A DNA stretch of 36,954 nucleotides, from contig QIKK01000040.1 in NCBI GenBank assembly GCA_003231925.1, forward strand, positions 1 through 36,954, written 5' to 3'. Of this stretch, positions 1 to 6,843 are shown one piece after another. Every line of letters begins with the position of its first letter. The stretch's first letter is position 1. The notes under the pieces are model-generated. The model saw nothing but the letters and a program-made list of their open reading frames with translations. It did no database searches and was not told the origin of the DNA. This DNA comes from Candidatus Saccharimonadota bacterium (GTDB lineage: Bacteria; Patescibacteriota; Saccharimonadia; Saccharimonadales; SZUA-47). A program made the translations under genes and the position numbers.

Positions 1-660
1 CCACCATCTTCTTATAAACTACAGTATAAATTATCTGATGGTAATATCGTAGACGCAGCAATTTTTTTAGATGATAAGATCTTGCCCGTTGATAGCAAGT
101 TTTCTTTAGAAAACTACAATCGGTTGCTTGAAGCAAAATCGGAGGACCGTCCTAAGTTCGAAAAAACTTTTAAAGAGGATTTGAAAAAACGTATCGATGA
201 AACCTCTAAATACATTTTGCCTAAGAAAAATACTTTGGATCAAGCTCTAATGTTTATTCCTAGCGAAGCGATATATTATGATTTACTGGCTAATAAAATA
301 GGGGACAGCGGAATCAATGGTCGTGATTTGATGCAATATGCAGCAGTTGATAAACACGTTACAATTGTTGGCCCCAGCACCCTAAGTGCCATGCTCCAAG
401 TTATTGTGCAGGGGATAAAAAGCCTAGAAATTCAAAAAGGGACTGACGTTATTAGAAAAAATATTGAGCAACTTCAAAAACATCTTCTAGCTTACGATAG
501 CTATCATAAAAAGATAGGCAACTCACTAGGGGCTACCGTTGGACACTATAACAGTGCCTCGAAAGAATTTGGCAAAATAGATAAAGATATCGTCAAAATT
601 GGCGGTGGTGAAACAGTTATCGAGCTTGATTTAGTTGATCGTCCTAAGCTTGATTCTTAA
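1..660 (+). CDS. rmuC: DNA recombination protein RmuC, C-terminal part (5' end outside window)
   Basis: Frame 1 is open from base 1 (PPSSYKLQYKLSDGNIVDAAIFLDDKILPVDSKF...), so the ORF-track start at 82 is not the true start. RmuC-like segments LMFIPSEAIYYDLL and VTIVGPSTLSAMLQVI. TAA stop at 658-660. Confidence 0.85.
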   Translation, partial: PPSSYKLQYKLSDGNIVDAAIFLDDKILPVDSKFSLENYNRLLEAKSEDRPKFEKTFKEDLKKRIDETSKYILPKKNTLDQALMFIPSEAIYYDLLANKIGDSGINGRDLMQYAAVDKHVTIVGPSTLSAMLQVIVQGIKSLEIQKGTDVIRKNIEQLQKHLLAYDSYHKKIGNSLGATVGHYNSASKEFGKIDKDIVKIGGGETVIELDLVDRPKLDS

Positions 661-1994
661 TTTTTTAATTTAGCCTGTAAATCAATAGTAAGTGCCGCCG
701 TCCAAGAGAAGTTTTTAGCACCAGCTGGCTTGCCAGTTTTAGCTGAAAAATATTCATAAGGGCCATTTTGCTCTACAAGGTTTAGGCTTTGTTTTGAAAT
801 ATTATCGGCTTCACGGTGAAAGCCATATTGTCTTAAACCGTCGATAATAAGCCAGTTTGTATTTAGCCAAGTCGGACCTTGCCAATAGCCAAGTTCTTTG
901 TACCATTTACTGTCTAGCGGAACGCTAGCAACAGGATACTTACTGTCAAAAACTTTTTTATCGTGCAACATTTTAACTAATCCCTCAGCTCTCTCTTTAC
1001 TGATGACACCAGAGTAAAGGGGCAGTAGTGTAGCTATGCTGGGCTCCTTAATCAATTTATGAGTGACAAAATTACGAGAAAAATACTGATTATAGTAACC
1101 ATCCCATAATTTATCAAGTGCTATTTCACTTCTCTTAATACACTCTCTAAGCTCATCTGGTAATTGGTGACCGATAGTCTTTGCTATTTTTTTTAGGTGG
1201 TTATTGGCCCGGATTAAAATAGAATTAAAAACTAGGTCCTCAACTACAAAATGCGATCTGTTCAGGATGGCATCAATATCCCAATTCTTGCGACGTAATC
1301 TTTGCAGTACAGAATAGTAAACAAGAGCATCAATATTATTGAGTCTTTGACCTGGTGGCACATGATGGGTATCTCGTCTAAATAGAAGTACTAATTGATC
1401 TAATCTGGTTTTCTCTACAAGTGTTATCCACCAAGGACGACCATGCATATGAGTCTGATTAATCCACGGGGGTGAATTATCTAACCCGCTTTCCCATGGA
1501 TGAATAAGCAATACTAGCCCTTCTTGATGGGGATCTCTTTCTGCATATAGCCACTGATGGTAAGCTATTAGGGCAGGGTACATGTCTTGATACCAGCTCC
1601 TTCTGTCACAGATGTTTAATTTACGTCCAATCTGTATAACAGCTTCTGCTAACACTGGTGGTTGAGTCATGCCACTGGTGTTTAAATCATCTGGAGAATG
1701 AGGGTTACGCCAAGATTGCCATATTTTACGATCTCTATTATGACGATCGTGATTAGCGAAAATCATATGAGGTAGCATTCCGTTAGACCATTGTCCGCGT
1801 AATAAACTGCGTAATTCTACTCTGGCGTTTTCGATATTATAATTGGCAAGACCAATGGCAACAAAACAACTATCCCATAACCACTGATGTGGATATATGC
1901 CCTCAGCAGGAATAGTGTAGGAACCCTGCCAGTTTTTATCTAGAACTTCTTGACAGCGATCTTTCAGTTTTAGTTGCGAGTTTACCTCTTCCAT
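657..1994 (-). CDS. GH63-like six-hairpin glycoside hydrolase (glucosyl-/mannosylglycerate hydrolase-like)
   Basis: 445-aa ORF. YPHQWLWDSCF near the N-terminus and GYWQGPTWLNTNWLIIDGL near the C-terminus resemble the GH63/MGH family. Family assignment is from memory of motifs only. Confidence 0.65.
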   Translation of the reverse strand: MEEVNSQLKLKDRCQEVLDKNWQGSYTIPAEGIYPHQWLWDSCFVAIGLANYNIENARVELRSLLRGQWSNGMLPHMIFANHDRHNRDRKIWQSWRNPHSPDDLNTSGMTQPPVLAEAVIQIGRKLNICDRRSWYQDMYPALIAYHQWLYAERDPHQEGLVLLIHPWESGLDNSPPWINQTHMHGRPWWITLVEKTRLDQLVLLFRRDTHHVPPGQRLNNIDALVYYSVLQRLRRKNWDIDAILNRSHFVVEDLVFNSILIRANNHLKKIAKTIGHQLPDELRECIKRSEIALDKLWDGYYNQYFSRNFVTHKLIKEPSIATLLPLYSGVISKERAEGLVKMLHDKKVFDSKYPVASVPLDSKWYKELGYWQGPTWLNTNWLIIDGLRQYGFHREADNISKQSLNLVEQNGPYEYFSAKTGKPAGAKNFSWTAALTIDLQAKLKN

Positions 1995-2002
1995 TAGTCT
2001 TA

Positions 2003-2008
2003 AGTATA
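2003..2008 (-). promoter_or_regulatory. candidate -10 box TATACT (minus strand), 8 nt upstream of the glycosidase ATG
   Basis: Minus strand reads GGGTTATACTtaagactaATG. No SD between box and start. Confidence 0.3.
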
Positions 2009-2089
2009 ACCCAAAAACATACTACTAAAAAATCATAAAGTGACCGGTATCTGCCTTAAAAGCTTCTTGTCCTTATTTTATTTAAGAAA

Positions 2090-2584
2090 TTAGCGAAAGT
2101 TCGTAAAAACTATCGGGAAATCGAAGTTTTGTATTTTGACAAAATGCATAGCATCTTGGAGTTGGTCTTTTTTAGAGCTCATAATTCGTATACTCGTTCC
2201 TTGAATTTGAGTTTTTATTTTTGGTAATTTATTTTTTAATAATTTAGATATCTTTTTAGCATCTTCCTGCTGTAGACCACTTTTTAGTGGAACCTGCCAA
2301 ATCATACGTAGGTTTGTTGTCTCGGGTTCTTGGGATGTGTCAAATGTTTTTTGGCTTACATTTCTCGAGGCGGCTTTTTTGCGGATAATATCAATAATCG
2401 CATCAAGATGAAACTGAGTATCACCATATATTTTAAAGCCTTTTTTGTCATCAAGCCACTCAAGTGCAGAGTGTGTACCCTTAAGGTCGTAACGGTTTGC
2501 AAGTTCGCGTGATGCCTGGTCATAGACATGTATCATTTCACCGGAGTCATAACTGGATTCAATATCAAAAGAAAATAAGGCCAT
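2090..2584 (-). CDS. yajQ: YajQ-family (UPF0234) nucleotide-binding protein
   Basis: 164 aa. N-terminus MALFSFDIESSYD...VYDQASRELANRYDLKG matches the YajQ pattern (SFDIVSE...A.RE...RFDFKG). Confidence 0.85.
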   Translation of the reverse strand: MALFSFDIESSYDSGEMIHVYDQASRELANRYDLKGTHSALEWLDDKKGFKIYGDTQFHLDAIIDIIRKKAASRNVSQKTFDTSQEPETTNLRMIWQVPLKSGLQQEDAKKISKLLKNKLPKIKTQIQGTSIRIMSSKKDQLQDAMHFVKIQNFDFPIVFTNFR

Positions 2585-2590
2585 ACATAC

Positions 2591-2598
2591 AGTATACT
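2591..2598. promoter_or_regulatory. palindromic AGTATACT that reads TATACT on both strands, inside the 22-nt yajQ/FMN-reductase divergent spacer
   Basis: Plus-strand TATACT at 2593-2598 is 8 nt upstream of ATG 2607. Minus-strand TATACT at 2596-2591 is 6 nt upstream of the yajQ ATG (2584). No SD on either side. Confidence 0.4.
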
Positions 2599-2606
2599 AG
2601 ACCTAT

Positions 2607-3194
2607 ATGAGTATCATAGTAATTAGTGCAAGTATGCGCAAAAAAGCCCAAAGTTTAAAAGTCAGTGAGTGGTTACAAGAACATCTTGCGTCTATTGAGC
2701 AGAAGGCATCAGTAGTTGATCTGTATCAAGTAAAGTTACCAATGTTTGATGGTGGTGAAACAAAAGCTCAGAATATCAACAAGTTATTGTCAGACTTTGA
2801 TAAAGCGGATAGTTTCGTGTTTGTTAGCCCAGAGTGGAACGGAATGATGAGTCATGGGCTCTTGAACCTGATGCATTATATAGGTCATCAAATGGCTGAT
2901 AAACCAGTAATGTTGGTTGGCGTTAGTTCAGCTCGGGGCGGTAGTTATCCTATTGCGCAAATGAGGCTTATTGGATACAAAAACAATCACTATGTTATTA
3001 CACCAGAGAGCCTTATTGTTCAAGGGGTTAATGATGTTTTTAACAATCACTCTTTTGGAAAAAAAGAAGCAGATTTATACATTAAAAAACGAGCTGATTA
3101 CGCGCTAAGAGTTTTAGTTGAATACTCAGAAGCTTTAAAGACAGTTAGAAAATCAGGTGTTATAAAACTAGACAATTATCCTAACGGAATGTAG
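2607..3194 (+). CDS. NAD(P)H-dependent FMN reductase family oxidoreductase
   Basis: 195 aa. Flavodoxin-like pattern MSIIVISASMRKKAQS...FVFVSPEWNGMMSHGLLNLM, typical of the NADPH-dependent FMN reductase family. Confidence 0.8.
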   Translation: MSIIVISASMRKKAQSLKVSEWLQEHLASIEQKASVVDLYQVKLPMFDGGETKAQNINKLLSDFDKADSFVFVSPEWNGMMSHGLLNLMHYIGHQMADKPVMLVGVSSARGGSYPIAQMRLIGYKNNHYVITPESLIVQGVNDVFNNHSFGKKEADLYIKKRADYALRVLVEYSEALKTVRKSGVIKLDNYPNGM

Positions 3195-3248
3195 TTCTAA
3201 GAAGTTAGTCTTTTATGTTGGGGCGGATAGCTTCAAATATTAGTTAAG

Positions 3249-3257
3249 TGGTATCAT
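3249..3257 (+). promoter_or_regulatory. candidate extended -10 (TGgTATCAT), 6 nt upstream of ATG 3264
   Basis: Sequence tgGTATCATtagagcATG. No SD. Confidence 0.3.
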
Positions 3258-3263
3258 TAGAGC

Positions 3264-4202
3264 ATGTACGGTGTTGCTGTGGTGGGGGTGTATAGCAGAA
3301 GTAGTGATTATACTATTGCTATATTATCGATTGCTATTGGGCTATTTATAATATATCCAGCCTATCTAACCTTTCAACGCTATAGACGACTAAGACAAAT
3401 TAAACTACGGCGAGTTACCTCCATGTACACCTTGCCTATAGCTATGTCACCTGTAGAATTTTCTTATATATTTTCAACTAAAGTAGCTCGTCAGCAATTA
3501 TATGCGACGCTTTATGACCTTGCCAATAAAGGGGTAGTGAGGCTATATCAAGTGAGCGGGCAAGAGATGGTTGAAATGGGCCCAAGAATCGGGCAAGTTA
3601 CCTCTTTTGAAAGACTTCTTTTGAATTATATAGCTCGTTCTAAATCTGCATCATCAGTTAAGAATATTTTGCAGGGTTTTACAAATTACGAATTATCTAG
3701 TGGTAAACATATTCAGGGGAGTAGAAATTATGTCTTCTGGTGGTTATTAAGAGAAAATCTACGAACCAGAGGTATTATAGAAAAAAGAATGACTGGAAAA
3801 TATACAAAATTAGTTCTATATTATGGATTTTTGGCTAGTTTTATCTTGAGCGTGGTACCTCTTTTTATTATTCGGTTTATGCAGATGGTAAATTTTGGAG
3901 AAATCGACTTAGGTGGATTGGAAAGTACTCTAAAAAACGGATTGCTATTTGGGGTGATAATCTTTCTACCAACAATAATTGTAAGCTTTTTCTTACTTAG
4001 ATTATCCGGCAAGATGCTGGGTCGGCGCTGGATAGTAACGCCAGAATTTAGAAGATACTTAGGGCAAATAGATGCATATAGAGAGTTTGTTAGATTATCC
4101 TGTAAGAATAGCTTGGAATATAGCGATAGCGAACTTAAAAAAGAAGCCATCCGAAAAACAAAGCCCTACGCTATAGCTCTAGGCTATATTAAAGGCTGTT
4201 AG
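3264..4202 (+). CDS. multi-pass membrane protein resembling the C-terminal membrane half of DUF2207 proteins
   Basis: 312 aa with several hydrophobic segments. The segment LPIAMSPVEFSYIFSTKVARQQLYATLYDLANKGVVRLYQ parallels VSVMQAYYVNKNGLQPKYITANLVDLAIRGYIKFVE in the DUF2207 protein at 9346-11091. Confidence 0.55.
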   Translation: MYGVAVVGVYSRSSDYTIAILSIAIGLFIIYPAYLTFQRYRRLRQIKLRRVTSMYTLPIAMSPVEFSYIFSTKVARQQLYATLYDLANKGVVRLYQVSGQEMVEMGPRIGQVTSFERLLLNYIARSKSASSVKNILQGFTNYELSSGKHIQGSRNYVFWWLLRENLRTRGIIEKRMTGKYTKLVLYYGFLASFILSVVPLFIIRFMQMVNFGEIDLGGLESTLKNGLLFGVIIFLPTIIVSFFLLRLSGKMLGRRWIVTPEFRRYLGQIDAYREFVRLSCKNSLEYSDSELKKEAIRKTKPYAIALGYIKGC

Positions 4203-4227
4203 TCTGGCAATTAGCTACTTATCCATA

Positions 4228-4233
4228 TACAAT
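4228..4233 (+). promoter_or_regulatory. candidate -10 box TACAAT, 7 nt upstream of the pheS ATG
   Basis: Sequence ccataTACAATatatgtaATG. No SD. CTGGCA lies 18 nt upstream as a weak -35. Confidence 0.35.
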
Positions 4234-4240
4234 ATATGTA

Positions 4241-5257
4241 ATGAAAGACATAGATGAAGTACGAGAAGTGCTAAAAGGTAGATTTGCGGTACTTGAGGAT
4301 AAAAAATCTATTTTAAGAGCCCCAGAAATTAAGGCTTTATTTGCAGTGATGAAGGATATTGATCCTGTCAAACGAGCTGAGTATGGCCGAGCCCTAAATG
4401 ACTTGAAGAAAGAGATAAAATCTTGGGTAGAAAAATCGCTTGAGACTAGTGAGACACTGGATCCAATCGATATTACTGCTCCCTGGGGCATAAATACACC
4501 AACTGATAAGAGGCCAAAACTGCTGTCTAGTGATAAAGGATCTCAGCATCCTCTAATGGTTGAAATTAATTACATTTGCGACATCTATCAACGAATGGGT
4601 TTTGTGGTCGAAGAGTCTAGAGAGATTGATGATGACTATCATATGTTTACTAGTCTGAATTTTCCGAGCGACCACCCGGCTAGGGATGATTATGATACTT
4701 TTATGACTGATGAAGGGCTAATCGCGCCAGCCCATACCAGTACAATGCAGAATAGAGTACTGAAGAAATATAAGGAAAATCTCAAAAATAATGAACCAAT
4801 TGCAGTCGTTATACCTGATCGAGTTTTTAGAAATGAGGACTTAGACGTTACACATGAGCACACTTTTTATCAGATAGAAGGTCTTTATGTTGCTAAAGAC
4901 GTCACAGTCGGTAATTTAATTGCTACGTTGAATGCGTTTATGAATGAGTATTTTGGTCAAGAGGTAAAGACCAAGTTGCAACCCTTCTATTTCCCGTTTA
5001 CGGAACCATCCTTTGAATTTGCCATAGAACGGCCAGACATTTTAAAGAAAGATAACAGCGTGGCTGAACAGTGGTTAGAATTATTAGGTTGTGGCATGAT
5101 ACACCCTAACGTTTTGCAAGAAGCTGGCATAAACCCGAGTATATATAATGGTTTTGCTTGGGGTAATGGAATTGAGCGTATGGTAATGATGAAGCAAGGT
5201 ATAGAAGATATTCGCTATTTTGAATCCGGTAATCTAAAATTCTTGAGGCAATTTTAA
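4241..5257 (+). CDS. pheS: phenylalanine--tRNA ligase alpha subunit
   Basis: 338 aa. Class II motifs HPARDDYDTF, VFRNEDLDVTHEHTFYQIEG, FPFTEPSFE and GNGIERMVMM. Confidence 0.95.
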   Translation: MKDIDEVREVLKGRFAVLEDKKSILRAPEIKALFAVMKDIDPVKRAEYGRALNDLKKEIKSWVEKSLETSETLDPIDITAPWGINTPTDKRPKLLSSDKGSQHPLMVEINYICDIYQRMGFVVEESREIDDDYHMFTSLNFPSDHPARDDYDTFMTDEGLIAPAHTSTMQNRVLKKYKENLKNNEPIAVVIPDRVFRNEDLDVTHEHTFYQIEGLYVAKDVTVGNLIATLNAFMNEYFGQEVKTKLQPFYFPFTEPSFEFAIERPDILKKDNSVAEQWLELLGCGMIHPNVLQEAGINPSIYNGFAWGNGIERMVMMKQGIEDIRYFESGNLKFLRQF

Positions 5258-5280
5258 ATGAATCAAAAGTTGGTCATATT

Positions 5281-5619
5281 ATGAAGATTGTAACGAAAAT
5301 TTCTATAACTGAACTGAAAAAAATGGCTGATAAAATGGACGGTTATCTAGTAAAGGCAGATGTAGATATCGCCAAAAAAATCATTATTATCGACATGCCG
5401 ATGCATTTTGAGGGCGAACAAGAACTGCTAAGTCAAGGATCTGAGCAAAAGAATCTGTGGGGCGTCAATCTATTTCCTGCAAAGTTTAATACAGATGATT
5501 TTATCATGTATGAATCAATGATAAATCTTAAACCACGCCAAAATACTAGTATGACAGTGCTGTCTGCCAAAATAAAAAGTGTGATTAAAGAAACTATTGA
5601 GGAGGTTGTACATGAGTAA
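5281..5619 (+). CDS. small conserved hypothetical protein (possibly DUF5674-like)
   Basis: 112-aa ORF in the pheS-pheT gap. The DUF5674 resemblance (LVKADVDI...GEQELLSQGSEQKNLWGVNLFP...MINLKPRQN) is from memory only. Confidence 0.5.
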   Translation: MKIVTKISITELKKMADKMDGYLVKADVDIAKKIIIIDMPMHFEGEQELLSQGSEQKNLWGVNLFPAKFNTDDFIMYESMINLKPRQNTSMTVLSAKIKSVIKETIEEVVHE

Positions 5620-5920
5620 TTATCATACACAGAGCTTAGCCAATGCCGATATTTTTACTATCATGGGCTCAATTTATGCAGAAGTAGCTAGATACGATTC
5701 CGCACTTACATCTGATCAATTTGATCAAGCTGACAAGGCTGTAAAAAGAGCTCAAGAGATTGTGAACTTTGCTCAGAAGTTGGAACAAGTTAAACCTGCT
5801 CAGAAGCTAGAGCTGACACAATTTAACAGGCTTTTTATGAAACGTGTGAAAGAGTTAAAAAACTCAGGACTTGACAACTATTTAATGCCTTTCGCAATGA
5901 CAGCGAGGTTAAATAAATGA
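5612..5920 (+). CDS. hypothetical protein
   Basis: GAGGAGG lies 7 nt upstream of ATG 5612, which is preferred over the track start at 5597. Overlaps the preceding stop by 8 nt. No recognisable domain. Confidence 0.5.
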   Translation: MSNYHTQSLANADIFTIMGSIYAEVARYDSALTSDQFDQADKAVKRAQEIVNFAQKLEQVKPAQKLELTQFNRLFMKRVKELKNSGLDNYLMPFAMTARLNK

Positions 5921-5965
5921 AAATTGTAATTACCATTCGTAGAAAATTTAACGACGGAGGATATA

Positions 5966-6598
5966 ATGGGTAAATACGAAGATATGTTAGACAGAGCCAA
6001 CTATATTTTTAAAAAAGTTGCAGAAGAAATAATTAAGTTTAGTAACAGTAAAATCGACACATTAGAGAAATGGTCGGATCAGCACCCTGTAGCAGAAGGG
6101 CGTGGAGAGGATCAGCGTATTGGCTTTATTACAAAAACCGAGTTTTCGGATGATATTAGCTTCGTTATGGATATTGTTAATATACCTAAAGACAATATTT
6201 ATAATCTACGAATTTGGGTCATAAGAACAGAGGTAGACAGTAATGGTGACGAGGTGTTTAATCAAGTTCAACTAACTTTCGACATGGAAGCTGAAATTGC
6301 AGGGCAAGAAATTAGGAAAAAAGACAGTTTCAACGCTGAGGATATTTTACATGTATTAAAGCGAGAGAAGCTATTAATTAATCGTGCAGTATTATCTAAT
6401 AATACGGGGATTAATAAGAAAACAGATAAGAGACTTGGCCTACGTCAAGACTATGATTTTGTGAATAAAACTTTGTTTACGAGCTCAGATCGACAACCCA
6501 AAGAAGATATACTCACAGGTGACTTGAGTGAAGAAGAGCTGAAAAGGACAATTAAAATTATTATGGAGCATATAGAGAAACCAAGGGCAATGAAATGA
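5966..6598 (+). CDS. hypothetical protein
   Basis: 210-aa ORF with GGAGGA SD upstream. Its stop overlaps the next start (ATGA at 6595-6598). No recognisable domain. Confidence 0.55.
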   Translation: MGKYEDMLDRANYIFKKVAEEIIKFSNSKIDTLEKWSDQHPVAEGRGEDQRIGFITKTEFSDDISFVMDIVNIPKDNIYNLRIWVIRTEVDSNGDEVFNQVQLTFDMEAEIAGQEIRKKDSFNAEDILHVLKREKLLINRAVLSNNTGINKKTDKRLGLRQDYDFVNKTLFTSSDRQPKEDILTGDLSEEELKRTIKIIMEHIEKPRAMK

Positions 6599-6843
6599 TT
6601 GTTGTAACAGGGGCTAGTGATGGTATCGGAAAAGCAATTGCCTTGCGTGAAGATACAAAAGAGGACGCCGTTCGCATAGGTGCCGTGTTCCAGTCTGGTA
6701 CCAACACTCGTATGTTTGAAAAAGCAGCCGAAGATTTTCCTGTTGACTCTTTTACGGAACCTAAAGATTTAGCAGACATTGTCGCTTATATGCTTAGTAG
6801 ACCGGATAAGCTATGGATAAATGAAGTAAGGATTGATAAATGA
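6595..6843 (+). pseudogene. internally deleted short-chain dehydrogenase/reductase relic (82 aa)
   Basis: The N-terminus VVTGASDGIGKAIA (Rossmann TGxxxGIG) joins directly to an SDR C-terminal end (VRIGAVFQSGTNTRMF...DLADIVAYMLSRPDKLWINEVRI). The central part that carries the catalytic Ser/Tyr/Lys is absent. ATGA overlaps occur at both ends. Confidence 0.6.
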
